DNA of 58,394 nt from assembly GCF_000143415.4 (NCBI RefSeq), contig NW_003314445.1, positions 28,866-87,259 on the forward strand, in the 5' to 3' direction. This document shows positions 35,140 through 48,407 of this stretch, in pieces; positions within the stretch are counted from its first letter, which is position 1, and every line of letters begins with the position of its first letter. The notes beneath the pieces were generated by a model. It did no database searches. It saw only the letters and a list, made by a program, of their open reading frames with translations, and was not told the DNA's origin. This DNA is from Selaginella moellendorffii (taxonomy: Eukaryota; Plantae; Lycopodiophyta). Position numbers and translations under genes: made by a program.

Positions 35140-35562
35140 AAAACATTTGTTTAAGCAGATACGGTTCTGTGCGTGTGTCTCACTGCCCTTGCCACACTCC
35201 TGACCTCCATTGATGGCTCGAATTGTAGCTCCAAATCCTTGGTTCTATGTGTGGCAATTCGAATTTTGCATCCAAAACCCCACTGATGACCTCCACGAAA
35301 GGATGCCATTCTGAGCAACCTGGTCTAGATTTTGGAGGAGGTTCATGTTGAAAGCCTTTCCAGAATCATCATAATTGTAATTCCTGTATATATATACTCT
35401 TTAAATTTTGAAAATAACATTTCCAACTTACCAGGTGAGCTGCAAAGTTCCTCTTCCGTAGTATGAGATTGATTATTGCTATGTGAGTTTACTTCCAGTT
35501 TCCTGCTTCACATTTGCAAGGTAGGCAGCCAGTTCCCTCTTTTGAACATCAAGACTCCCCGA
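35140..35562 (-). pseudogene. GH19 chitinase fragment with deletions
   Basis: Pieces of exons 1-3 matching 36028-36806 with internal deletions. Confidence 0.8.
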
Positions 35563-36027
35563 TAATACCATACTAAGACAGTATTTTGCTTAGCTATTTT
35601 AAGTCGTTGTTTTAACGACAATCCCCCGCAGGTTAATTTATCACACTGGATACCTCGACCCGCTTCGAGATTGGGATGGAACCGATGGTGGCAACAAAGC
35701 AAGTACTTAGAGTTTGCGTTTAAAACGAACGAGAAGAATGTGAGTAGACTTGGCTAGGGTTTAGGTCTGCGCTTCTCATGTGGTAATATCAGCAATGCTT
35801 TTTAGATACCAAAATTGTTTAGATATCCACAGCTTTACCCATTTTATAAGTAGACTGACAGGCAAGATATTATTATCGGCTTTATTATACCTTTTCAGCA
35901 TTCTCCTCTAGTAATTCTTGCTATTGTAAAGATTGCAATCATCACCAACAAATTTCCAGATTTATTATTATTTTTATTAATACATCCTCGTAGTTAATTA
36001 CTTATTCATTACTTTAAAAACATTTCT

Positions 36028-36806
36028 TTAAGCACAGCCAAGGTTCCCACCTGGTGAAACACCCAACTGTGAGCAAAAGTCCTTGTAATAATTGATGCGG
36101 TTCTGTGCGGGTTGTGTCTCACTGCCCTTGCCACACTCCTGACCTCCATTGATGGCTCGAATTGTAGCTCCAAATCCTTGGTTCTGTGTTATTGCGGTGT
36201 GGCAATTCGAATTTTGCATCCAAAACCACACTGATGACCTCCACGAAAGGACGCCATTCTGAGCAACCTGGTCTGGATTTTGGAGGAGGTTCATGTTGAA
36301 AGCCTTTCCAGCAGCATCGTAATTGTAATTCCTGTATATATACACTTTAAATATTGAATATAACATTTTCAGCTTACCAAGTGAGCTGCAAAGGTCCTCT
36401 TCCATAGTAAGCCTTTGTACCTGCAGGACATGGGATCCCACGGCTAGTGTCACAATAGACGTTGTTTTGGTTGATCTCTCGAATGTATTGCAGTGCTACA
36501 ATCAAAGACATTAGTGAGATTAATGGATAAATACTAAGCGAGTTTACTTCCAGTCTCCTGCTTCACATTTGCAAAGTAGGCAGCCAGTTCCCTCTTTTGA
36601 ACATCAAGACTCCCCGTGCTTCCAAACGTGGGATAGTATTTTGTTGCCGCAATGAAATCGTTGTATGTGTAGAAAGGATTTGCGATGTTGGATGGGAAGA
36701 ACTTCCTAAACACAGGCTCAGTTATAATGCTGGAGGGAGATGCTAGTGTAGAGAACAGAGAAAATCCTAGGAGGCATAGCATAAACATTATCATGACTAA
36801 TGCCAT
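36028..36806 (-). CDS. Secreted GH19 chitinase, no chitin-binding domain, loopless type; 3 exons, apparently intact
   Basis: Signal peptide; KRELAAYFANVKQETG / LQYIREIN (two catalytic Glu) / YYGRGPLQLTW-NYNY / WFWM / [15 protein letters not shown] / NRINYYKDFCSQLGV. Confidence 0.9.
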
Positions 36807-37164
36807 GGTACTTAAATTGATAGTATGAGAACTCGTGGTTGTGCAATGGAATTTTGGGGCTGTTTTTATAGCCTTGAGGAGGGGAGAAGTTAATATCTAC
36901 ACGGCATTTCAAGACTATGAAGTCAATATAAATCGCAATCCCACCTTGGTCGAAGCACGCTAAGAATGTTCGCTTGTAATACAGGTGACCAAACTTTGAA
37001 GGCATCTATTTTATAATTCAATCGGGTGCACCTAATATCATAAGCTTTTGCCCTAGTGAATTCAAAGGAATGGAGGGAAATATTTTATTTGGCTAGGGTT
37101 TAGGTCTGCGAAGAGGAAGCGTCCTACACACAGCTCGGCGGTGTTCCATGCGGTAATCTCAGCA

Positions 37165-40100
37165 ATGCTCCGGGGCCGTGAGAGCTTGATTCGGCTTGTT
37201 GGGAAGCGGCAGCGCAATGTGTCACTCCCGGCTCGGGTGAGTGATCGAGCTTCTATTTCTTCGGTGGATCTGTGATCGTTTTCCTGCAGGATGAGTTGGA
37301 GTGCGGTGATTTTTCGCTGGAAATAAAAGGAGGCCTGAGCTTAGCTTGTTGTGACTGGGTGGAATGCCCTGTGTGTGGGAAGCAAATACGCGGGAATGAA
37401 CTTCTCGTCAACTGCCATCTTGGTTTGGATTTTGCTCTGTTTTGATTCAAGCACGCTGATCGATGGCGTCTCTTGTCCAGATACTTGCCTGCAAAGTGGG
37501 AAGAAAAAGAAGAACAGTGTCCAGCATACACTCTTTCACTTCAACTTGTCGAAAAAGATAGAGTACGAGGAAAGCGGAAACTGCGTACTAGAAATCCAGC
37601 AGTCTCCTCTGCTCGAGACTGCGGTCGACTGTAACCCGGCGGCAGGGTCTCCGAAACCGGAAGTTTCTTCTACTCTTGAGGAGCCCGACGTGGCCAACAG
37701 CGTCCTTCCGGCAGAGCTCAACAGTGAAACTAGAGATCTTTACAATGGCTGCCTGGAGGCAAGGATTGCTGGCCGCAAGTACCACAGAGACGTCGAGTGC
37801 CAAGCTGGGATGCGAGTTCACCTGGTAAGGGAACCAGAAAATCCCATGGATACATACGCTGTGAAGGTAAACTTGACTGAATGGACGTGTTTCATGGCTG
37901 ACAACAACGTTGCGCCAGGTGCTTACAGCGGATGGGCTTTCGCTGGGACATATTCCAAAAGAGCTTTCGCGTTATTTGTCTCCTCTCATGGACAAAGGCG
38001 TGGTAGATGTTCAGGTAACTAATCTCTGGGGCGTTTTTCAATTGTTCACAAAGCGTTCAGGGATATGTCTCCGAGAGTACATCGGAAGCTGCACGCCTCA
38101 AGCTTGATTTGCGTGAGATCCAGAGTCGGACTATTGGAAGTCTCTCAGAAGAAAAAGTGCTGGCTGTCAAATGGAGCCGTCTAATGGATGCAGCTGACAA
38201 GGGACAAGACCACGGCTGTCGATACCAACAGAATTTTCTCTACATGCTCCAAGTGGTATTGGAACGGGATCTCCATCTCTTTACTCCAGACGAGATCGAA
38301 CTTCTCGAGGCATTTCGTTCAATCTCGTCTGATGGACAGCGCCGTTTTGTAAGATTGGCTCAACGAAAGGGTAAGCTCGACGCCGTCGCACAAACTGTGA
38401 CTCAAGGGAGACAGTGGTTTTGCAGGGCCATGGTTCCGTCTTCAGAACATCTTCTATGAAGATATTGGTGACACAAATTCTGCAGTCCATGAGTTAGTCG
38501 GTACTCAATTTCTTTCATCGTGGACTTCATAATATGTTTGCTCCCTTGTAACAGAGAGACGCTACTTAGTTTTCGACGCGGACGTCAATTCGTCTGAGTT
38601 GCTTGAACATCTGACTGTACAAGAGCTCAAAGATTTGGCAGTGAACAGCAAAATCATGGTAGTTACTTCTAAGACTTTCTTCCTTGTTTTTATTTCTGTT
38701 CCTGCTTACAGATCAAAAGTGCTACGCTAAGTTTGAAAAAGATTCAGCTATTACAGCAATTCGAGATGCATTGATTTCGCTGCATTTGTAAGTAGCAAGT
38801 GATCATTGGTTTTTTATACAAGCGTGAAATACTTGGCGGCAGTAATCTAACGGCTTTAATTCGTGAAGCAACCGGGCCATGCATTCGAATAGCCGAAACA
38901 GTTGACGTTCTACTTTGGCGTTTACAGGTCAGTTGACATCCTCTCCAAAGTGTTACACTGCTGATGCTGAGCAATTTATTTATTTTTATTCAGAGGCTGT
39001 TCTTTCTAAACGGTGAGCAGGAGTTTGATGTTTTTCTTCTTGTGGATATTGGAAGGATCAACTATCCAAGCTATAGGTGCGCTAGAACAATGCCAGTCTT
39101 TGCTTCTCGAGAGGACTTTCTGGCGTATGAGCAGGTCCGTTCCTACTTTGTTATAAAATTTGTCTGACCGTCAAGTTTTCAGGCATTGCAATTGGCTCAG
39201 GTGGTTGACATGTCCCTGGAGGCTGGTAATTCTGAGGCTCTAAACTCCTCTTTTCGAAAAGCAAGGACTACTCTCGAATTGATCAATGCACACACCGAGA
39301 GCAAGCATCCATTTTTAGCACGATTTTCGGCTGCATGGGTGTATGCAACAATCTGTACTGTGGCTGCATCGTTTCTGGAGAAAGAACGCAGGTACGCTCT
39401 TTCACCAATGGCGGACAATACTTTTGAACGAAAACTGGCTCTTGACCAGATACGCTGAAGCTGTAAACCTCTTCAAGCAGCTCCTTAGCATGCAGTATTG
39501 TCCTGGACGGAGAGGATACTGGACTCTCCGGCTATCTATTGACTTGGAGCACTTATAGCGTTTAGAAGAGAGCCTGCTCGTTGCAGAAAACGGATTAAAC
39601 GATTTCAACGTCCGAGGAGGGGATCGTATCGCTTTGCAACGGAGGGTTCTCCGACTAGGAAAACCTCCTAGAAGGTGGAAAGTACCTCCATATGCAGCGC
39701 TTTTAAAGAAAAAACACAAGGTGGTACGTACTGTGTCTTCCAGATATTTGGCCTTCAGCTACAACTCTGTTTCTGAAGGTGACGATTATGGGAAGGCCGC
39801 TAAACAATGCCAATGGAATGAAGAGCAGATTTTATGGCTACGATGGGCAACAATGCAGAGTGGAGGACCTGGCACTTCAATACTATGCCGGAGAAGATGG
39901 AGGCGGCTGGAAAGGAGTCCATTCAGAAAGTGGCATATGGCTGACATTGTTCGGGCTGCTCATGTGGGATGTTATCTTTTCAGACGTTCCAGATGTCTTC
40001 CAGACACCTTTTCAGGTTCTTGTTTCATTTTGTCGTGGTTGCTCTACAGTTCTTGTTTGCAGACTGCACCATTGGACTTGTGCACGGATTCATTCTATCC

Positions 40101-40497
40101 AGTCCGAAGCTCGCTTATTGAATCTCGTCTTCAAGCCATACGCGATGGTGGAGCTAGGCAACTCGTGGCGGAGACTTGGGAAGAGCACTACGGGACATCA
40201 TGTAGCGGGGTAAACTGGAAGAAGTACTCGCTTGAAGACCTTCAAACGATAACGGTCTGTATCGGAGGTCCAGGATTGTCGGCGATTTGCAAGCTTCTTG
40301 CAGAAGACCACAGTAACTGGACGGCTGGAATGCCTGATCTTCTGCTGTGGAAGGAGAAAGAGGCAAAGCTGGCGGAAGTCAAGGGTCCAGGGGATCGCTT
40401 GTCCGAGCAACAGGTGGCCTGGTTTCTTATTCTCTCGGACGCTAATGTTCCAGTGGAACTTTGCAAGGTCTCCAAGACGATGAATGATCGATCCTAG
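37165..40497 (+). pseudogene. FAN1: Fanconi-associated nuclease 1 homolog, copy 2
   Basis: Full-length colinear with copy 1 (MLRGRESLIRLVGKRQR...EVKGPGDRLSEQQ); TAG at 39556-39558 and a 1-bp deletion at ~38749. Confidence 0.9.
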
Positions 40498-40669
40498 ATC
40501 GGCTACTCCGAGTAGTGCCGGGCCCGAGACGGCTGCGCAGGCCTCTGCAACTTGCTCCGCCTTGCTTGAAGTCATAAGAACCGGTAAGCAACTCCGCCAT
40601 TCCATCCCGCTGTGGACTGCGAAGAATCCATTGCGCGCTACACACATCCAGTTCCAAGTCCTCAGTGTC

Positions 40670-41470
40670 ACCGTCTCAAGAGCTCTTCGATCAGGACCGC
40701 GAGGTGATAGAATCACCACTCGGCCTCCACCATCATCTTAAAGATCCTCTCGGCGGAGGATCAGGAAATACGAGTTCCAAAGAGATGAATCACGAGGGAT
40801 TCCATGCACCTTAAAGAACACCCCCCGCGACTCTGTCATCCTATCCTATCGAACAATGCAGTTGCTTGCTCCATATCCCCATTGTGGGCATGGAGTCCTA
40901 GAGACTAAACCATCATCGCACTGGGGCATCCCAACGAAGATTTGGCTGGCGTGATGCATGTCTCGGCCCGAGCCAAGCCCGAAGAGCTCGTTGCGGCATT
41001 TGCCTCGTCATGACGCCCAATCGGGGCATATGTGCTCACTATTGTCGTCCAGGTCACCACGTCCTGGCCTTCCTCGCATCAGCAACGCGATTTTCTTCGC
41101 AAAGGACCCGTAATAGGATGTTCCGAGGGAAGGGGAGTGGAAAACCTTGATCGCCTCGTCAAGATGCCCAAAGTGGGCATATGTGATAGCAGAATGTGCA
41201 TTGCTGGTACTTGCTCGCCAGGATGAGCCCAACACGGGAGGATTCGAGTGCAGGGCTCTGGGTCCCAAGCTCTATCTCCTTGCAATTCGGTGAGCGTCTT
41301 CGATGCACGCAAGAATCGATGGAACTTCGCAGCAGCAATGCTGCGTTCTCCACCGCAGGAAACGAAATCCTTTCACAACCAGGTGATCTTGAGCTCGCCC
41401 GGTGGTGCCGGACAGACGCAGCCCAAGATCTTTCCTCGGAAGTGGCGACTGGATTGCCCCGGCGCCACTA
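40670..41470 (-). pseudogene. PPR gene fragment
   Basis: ITYAHFGHLDEAIKVF; inverted paralog of 31480-32190. Confidence 0.65.
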
Positions 41471-41489
41471 CTTTGTGATGAATGTTTGC

Positions 41490-42310
41490 ATCTTCTTTCA
41501 AATAGATGTGATACGAACTCACTTCTGGTTTCTGTTTTTTCTCTTGCAGACATAGTCATAACTGGTGGCATTTAGAGCTTTGTCATCTAGAGGGTGGTCC
41601 AGCTGAGAACGTGCTACGCATATTTGACACCCGTATATGTGGAGACCGCGAAAGAGCTGAAAGGGATACATTTGCGGTAAGCTCTCTTAACAGAAAAATC
41701 CAACACTAAGTAATCAATAATGTGCAGGTGAGCTTAAACGCGTTGGAATTTTTGCTGTGTCTTCAAGTAAACAGATTTGGAGATCACATCACGAAGCTCA
41801 CCATCCACATATACGGCTGTCAATTTCGTTTCCTGCGGTGGAGAACGCAGCATTGGTGCTGCGAAGTTCCATCGATTCTTGCGTGCATCGAAGATGCTCA
41901 CCAAAGTCCTCTGTAGAACCGATCGCTTATGCTCTGATGAGAATCAGAGTGAGGTCACTTTGACAACATTTCTCACCGTTATTCAAATATGAGAGTAATT
42001 GTTTGGCCTCTGCAATAAAGAGCTTCGAACCAGTGACCAAAGGACCAGAAAATCATGTGGACTAAACACAAAAAGTGCTCTAAAATGTGTTCGTTATTTT
42101 CGACCTGTCAGATTGCTTTGGCATTGTACAAGTATGGCTCCAGCAACGAAAGTGCTGTCTCTTCACTCTTGGGATCAAACTTTAGTGCTAGAGAGCTCAA
42201 GGTTTGCCTGTGTATTCATTGTCCTTGCTCTGCTCTCCCAGGTGATTGGAGCCTTGAATGAACAGATAGAGTATTTGGACATCTGTGGGCAACAGCAAGC
42301 TCATATCTGA
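41490..42310 (+). pseudogene. TTC38-like gene fragment
   Basis: SHNWWHLELCHLEGGPAENVLRIFD; VSLNALEFLL; ALALYKYG; VIGALNEQ. Confidence 0.7.
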
Positions 42311-42620
42311 TGGTAACTTTGGTATGTACAAATTGATAATGGAATATTCACTATATAAGTATTATATTTTTAGAGCATATAGCAAATTGGTTACCAACAG
42401 GTTTATGTTTACTGTCCATATGGGACGTTTCTATTCAGCAGAGGCTGATCCAATCCTCGAGGGCAATTACATTTATAATCTACCACAACATATGACACAA
42501 ACCACAGAAATATTCCAAAAATATTTCTTGGTTTTAAAGCTGTAAAGCATTAATGGTTGGGAGGTTGGCCTAGGGTTTATTCTTTTTTCATTTCATTAGT
42601 ATTGGAGTAACATGTTCTTT

Positions 42621-44610
42621 TGGGGATGGCAAATGAGTGGGATATAAATTTTGATAAGGAGTATGGCATTAGTGATGATGGTCATGATGATGAGGAAAAA
42701 ACTCTTTATGGTGTTGTAGTGCAGCATAGTCACTAGATTATTGAGGTTCAGAATGTCATTAAGGAGGTTAAAGATTCCATCAATCCCATTAACAATTTCT
42801 TATTTCATATGGACTTTCAAGGGTTGAATTAATCTCATATCTGTGATTACCATTGGTACATCAAACATGTCAAAGATTATAGTATTGTGGAATAGAAATC
42901 ATCACCAAATATCTAAAAAGTGGATTCTTAGTTGAAATTGTGGGAAAGTTTTTGATCTCACAATCCTTGTGAGGACAAGGTGAAGATTTATTTTTTTATG
43001 ACAAAGCTGATGGGTACATACTTCTTTGTGGTGGAAAAACTACATCAAAACTAGTTCTAAGTGAACTTTTTAAAGTGATTTGAAAAATATTTTCTACACT
43101 TCATTTGTCAAGAAGTTTAAAGAAGTTGAATTACTACAGAGCAAACAAAGGATTTTATCATATGCCGATCAGTTCCATGATCTTTGCCCTAGTTTCAGAG
43201 GTACCATTAATGAACTGTTAAAAATGCAATGTTTTATCAAAGGTTTGAGCATAATGGATGTGCACTAGAAGGTCAAAAAGGATTTTCTAAAATGTTGACT
43301 GATGTTATCATTAAGGCTCATATCTTTTTGCTAAAACCGTTACTCAACTTTATTCAACAGAATGGTCTATAGGTAGTCAACGTGATGACCAGCCCGCAAA
43401 TGTTTCATATTCAGGGAAGAAATAGCCATTGCTATGTCATGACTCAAAATATGAAGATGGCAATGAGACTAAAAAAATTTCATTTAGACCAAGAAGAAAT
43501 AGACGAGGTAAAGGGCAATTGTGTTCATTGCCACAAGGCTGGACATCAAAGCAAAAATTGTTTTGAAGGGGTTAACAAATGCTAAAGTGACTATGGTGGA
43601 ATTTATAAATAATGATAAGAAATAATGTGAGTGATATTGTTATTAGGGTTATATTGCTTCAAGTTAGGCATTCTTTCACAGTTATGAGCCACAAGTTTGA
43701 TATTATATAGTGGAATTGGCTACTCGAGATAAGGAATTGTATGTTGTGATAGTTGTTGTGAAGGAATGGCAACATTATTTGTATGGATTAAACTTCCATT
43801 AAAATAGTGAAAAGGTTTAAGAACTACTAAATATTCAACACAGTTTTTTATTTATATTAATTCTACATTTATTAGTATAACAATTATTGTANNNNNNNNN
43901 NNNNNNNNNNNNNNNNNNNNNNNNNNNNNNNNNNNNNNNNNNNNNNNNNNNNNNNNNNNNNNNNNNNNNNNNNNNNNNNNNNNNNNNNNNNNNNNNNNNN
44001 NNNNNNNNNNNNNNNNNNNNNNNNNNNNNNNNNNNNNNNNNNNNNNNNNNNNNNNNNNNNNNNNNNNNNNNNNNNNNNNNNNNNNNNNNNNNNNNNNNNN
44101 NNNNNAAAAGGCAACAATAAAGTTGTAATGCATGTGGTTTTCACCCTTTATCCTATAGTGATTTACCATAGGATAACCACAAAGCAAAACCTAAACTTTC
44201 TATATGCCACATGTTATATATCACGTGTCTAAGGATAGTGGAGTGGAACTCAAGTTTCAAGGCCTTAGGCTATTGAACGAAAGAACAAAGCTAAACTCCT
44301 AGGAATGACTCTTGAGCATACAACCCAAGGAACAAAGGGATAGAAGCATAGAGCGACTTCGAATAATCCTAAAGCATCTAGCATTCTAATGCTAAAATTA
44401 ACATGTAAAATGGAACTAAACAAAATTTAGTGCTATTTCAGCATACTAGTGGCATAACGTAAGGACATGCCAAGTAGCATGGTATGGAACTTGGGTTTAG
44501 ACCTAAGCCAGATACATACACACAAACAAAAGCTAGATTATGCATTATGTTGGTTGGCCATACTTAACCTACCCACTATCCCTAATATACATTTGGAACC
44601 TGGAATTTGT
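42621..44610. mobile_element. Degenerate retroelement remnant (gag with CCHC zinc knuckle + LTR-like segment), spans an assembly gap
   Basis: CVHCHKAGHQSKNC (~43520-43561); duplicate of 32220-34170; N-run 43892-44105. Confidence 0.65.
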
Positions 44611-44615
44611 ATGCT

Positions 44616-45353
44616 TATAATGTGTGAGAGATGGCTCTCACAACATATGGAACAACCTCAACTGTTACATTCTCAGGGCTTCTTTGCTCCAACAAGTAGG
44701 AATTGAGAAGGTCGTTAGGACTCATGACAATTGTATACAGAGCAGTCTTTAGATGATGATAATAAGGAACTAGCTTTTGCATCCCTACAGAGGAATCCAT
44801 GAATGACACTACCTTTGCAAAGTCTGAGAAGAATCATTACCTTTACCATGTCTGCTGTAGTAAGCATCCTGCTTGAACCTCAGAAACTGGTCAATCTGAA
44901 CCGGAAGGTACAGTGGGACTTTGAGACTGGTGTTTAAAGCAGTCGCTCCAGAGACCGCAAAATTCACCCCATTGGCATAATTCGAGTTAATACTTTGCAA
45001 AATGGGATCCAGGAATCTATCATACTCAAAAGCCTCCGCTGCAAAAACATTCACGAATAGCATCAAACGCTGTTTAATCAACACAAACAATTACCAAAAA
45101 AGTTGACAACCACGCAACCATCCGAGTATCTCTTCGATGGCTTACTGAAGAAAGTCATGCCATAAGGCTTATACTCTGCAGCACTAATAAACGGAGCTGC
45201 TGCTTGAACATTCCCTGTATCGACAATAGAATCCCTGAACCAGAACATGGCTTTTGGACACTGGAAACCCAAGCCTGGAGCAAATAACTCAGCAATCACT
45301 AGAACTGCCACAATTGACAAGAACTCCATGATAATCAACTGTTGAGCAAGCAC
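44616..45353 (-). pseudogene. GDSL esterase/lipase, 3'-truncated (copy 2)
   Basis: KAMFWFRDSIVDTGN, RYSDG..VVNF, GVNFAVSGAT; truncated by LTR. Confidence 0.85.
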
Positions 45354-45567
45354 TTGATGTCGCTGATCGTTTCTAGAGCTGCAGAAACGATGTGATCGTT
45401 GTCTTAAAACTCAAAGATGATCTCCAAATAAGTCTCTTTATTGCCACACCTTGGTATACATGCTCTATCCCCCTCTCTCGCTAAGTCTTCTTGTCCTTCA
45501 TGTTCTAGAAGGGAAACTTGACCAAGGAACAGCTTTAAGGAGGTTGAACTAATTAGTTGATTAATAA

Positions 45568-46002
45568 TTACTTTTTAAAACATTTGTTTAAGCATATACG
45601 GTTCTGTGCGTGTGTCTCGCTGCCCTTGCCACACTCCTGACCTCCATTGATGGCTCGAATTGTAGCTCCAAATCCTTGGTTCTGTGTTATTGCGGTGTGG
45701 CAATTCATCCAAAACCACACTGATGACCTCCATGAAAGGACGCCATTCTGAGCAACCTGGTCTAGATTTTGGAGGAGGTTCATGTTGAAAGCCTTTCCAG
45801 AAGGATCGTAATTGTAATTCCTGTATATATATACTCTTTAAATTTTGAATATAACATTTCCAACTTACCAGGTGAGCTGCAAAGTTCCTCTTCCGTAGTA
45901 TGAGATTAATGGATAAATGCTATGTGAGTTTACTTCCAGCTTCCTGCTTCACATTTGCAAAGTAGGCAGCCAATTCCCTCTTTTGAACATCAAGACTCCC
46001 CG
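45568..46002 (-). pseudogene. GH19 chitinase fragment
   Basis: Duplicate of 35140-35562. Confidence 0.8.
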
Positions 46003-46499
46003 ATAATATCATACTGAGACAGTATTTTGCTTAGCTATTTTAAGTCGTTTTTTTAACGAAATTCCCCCGCAGGTTAATTTATCACACTCGCCATGCTAAA
46101 CAAGTAGCAACTTGGATATCGAGAGTGGGATGGAACCGATGGTGGCAAGAAAGCAAGTACTTAGAGTTTCCGTTTAAAACGAACGAGAAGAATGTGAGTA
46201 GACTTGGCTAGGGTTTAGGTCTGCGCTGACCTCTCTCCCTCACATGTCTCATGTGGTAATATCAGCAATGCTTTTTAGATACCAAAATTGTTTTCATCTT
46301 ACAACTTTACCCATTTTATAAGTAGACTGATAGGCAAGATATTATTATCGGTTTTATTATACATGACTTTTCAGCATTCTCCTCTAGTAATTCTTGCTAT
46401 TGTAAAGATTGCAATCATCAACAACCAGATTTATTATTTGTTTTTATTAATACATACTCAGTCGTTAATTACTTATTCATTACTTTTAAAAACATTTGA

Positions 46500-47298
46500 T
46501 TAAGCACAGCCAAGGTTCCCACCTGGTGAAACACCCAACTGTGAGCAAAATTCCTTGTAATAATTGATGCGGTTCTGTGCGGGTTGTGTCTCACTGCCCT
46601 TGCCACACTCCTGACCTCCATTGATGGCTCGAATTGTAGCTCCAAATCCTTGGTTCTGTGTTATTGCGGTGTGGCAATTCGAATTTTGCATCCAAAACCA
46701 CACTGATGACCTCTACGAAAGGACGCCATTCTGAGCAACCTGGTCTGGATTTTGGAGGAGGTTCATGTTGAAAGCCTTTCCAGCAGCATTGTAATTGTAA
46801 TTCCTGTATATATACAATTTAAATTTTGAATTTAACATTTTCAGCTTACCAGGTGAGCTGCAAAGGTCCTCTTCCATAGTAAGCCTTTGTACCTGCAGGA
46901 CATGGGATCCCACGACTAGTGTCACAATAGACGTTGTTTCGGTTGATCTCTCGAATGTATTGCAGTGCTACAGCCAAGCAACCATATACAAACTTCAAGA
47001 CATTAGTGAGATTAATGGATAAATGCTATCCGAGTTTACTTCCAGTCTCCTGCTTCACATTTGCAAAGTAGGCCGCCAGTTCCCTCTTTTGAACATCAAG
47101 ACTCCCTGTGCTTCCAAATGTGGGATAGTATTTTGTTGCCGCAATGAAATCGTTGTATGTGTAGAAAGGATTCGCGATGTTGGATGGGAAGAACTTCCTA
47201 AACACAGACACAGTTATAATACTAGAGGGAGATGCCAGTGTAGAGAACGGAGAAAATCCTAAAAGGCATAGCATAAACATTATCATGACTAATGCCAT
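46500..47298 (-). pseudogene. GH19 chitinase with premature stop
   Basis: Full-length copy; TGG>TAG in exon 3 (46713-46715). Confidence 0.85.
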
Positions 47299-47506
47299 GG
47301 AACTTAAATTGATAGTGTGAGCACTCGTGGTTGTGCAATGGAATTTTGGGGCTGTTTTTATAGCCTTGAGGAGTGGGATTGCGATTTATATTGACTTCAT
47401 AGTCTTGAAGTGCCGTGTAGATATTAACTTCTCCCCTTGGTCGAAGCACGCTAAGAAGATCTCTTTGTGTTTGCTTGTAATACAGGTGACCAAACTTTGA
47501 AGGACT

Positions 47507-47592
47507 TTGACCTTGACTTTGACTTTGACTTTGACCTTGACTTTGCTTGTAAAACACTTTGAAGGACTTTGACCTTGACTTTGACCTTGACT
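47507..47592. repeat. Array of ten TTGAC(C/T) hexamers (W-box consensus)
   Basis: Six tandem units at 47507-47542 and four at 47569-47592; absent from paralogous promoters at ~10870-10980 and ~37000-37105. Confidence 0.85.
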
Positions 47593-47670
47593 TTGCTTGT
47601 AATACAGGTGACTGCGAAGAGGAAGCGTCCTACACACAGCTCGGCGGTGTTCCATGCGGTAATCTCAGCA

Positions 47671-48407
47671 ATGCTCCGGGGCTGTGAGAGCTTGATTTGG
47701 CTTGTTGGGAAGCGGCAGCGCAATGTGTCACTCCCGGCTCGGGTGAGTGATCGAGCTTCTATTTCTTGGGTGGATCTGTGATCGTTTTCCTGCAGGAAGA
47801 GTTGGAGTGCGGTGATGTTTCGCTGGAAATAAAAGGAGGCCTGAGCTTAGCTTGTTGTGACTGGGTGGAATGCCCTGTGTGTGGGAAGCAAATACGCGGG
47901 AATGAACTTCTCGTCAACTGCAATCTTGGTTTGGATTTTGCTCTGTTTTGATTCAAGCACGCTGATCGATGGTGTCTCTTGTCCAGATACTTGCCTGCAA
48001 AGTGGGAAGAAAAATAAGAACAATGTCCAGCATACACTCTTTCACTTCAACTTGTCGAAAAAGATAGAGTGCGAGGAAAGCGGAAACTGCGTACTAGAAA
48101 TCCAGCAGTCTCCTCCGCTCGAGACTGGGGTCGACTGTAACACGGCGGCAGGGTCTCCAAAACCAGAAGTTTCTTCTACTCTTGAATGCTTTGAGGAGCC
48201 CGACGTGGCCAACAGCGTCCTTCCGGCAGAGCGTTATTGTCTCCTCTCATGGAAAAAGGCGTGGTAGACGTTCAGGTAATTAATCTCTGGGGCGTTTTCC
48301 AATTGTTCACAAAGCGTTCAGGGATATGTCTCCGAGAGTACATCGGAAGCTGCACGCCTCAAGCTTGATTTGCGTGAGATCCAGAGTCGGACTATTGGAA
48401 GTCTCTC
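47671..48407 (+). pseudogene. FAN1: FAN1 5' fragment (copy 3)
   Basis: MLRGCESLIWLVGKRQR, UBZ CPVC; internal deletion at ~48231; ends at GGAAGTCTCTC. Confidence 0.85.

Noticed and set aside
43852-44187. ORFs spanning N-runs (also 49066-49536)
   Set aside because: Artefacts of assembly gaps at 43892-44105 and 49342-49441.
47386-47781. ORFs with QSQGQS / KVKVKV / TLTLTL repeats
   Set aside because: Translations of the TTGACY hexamer array in a promoter; not credible genes.
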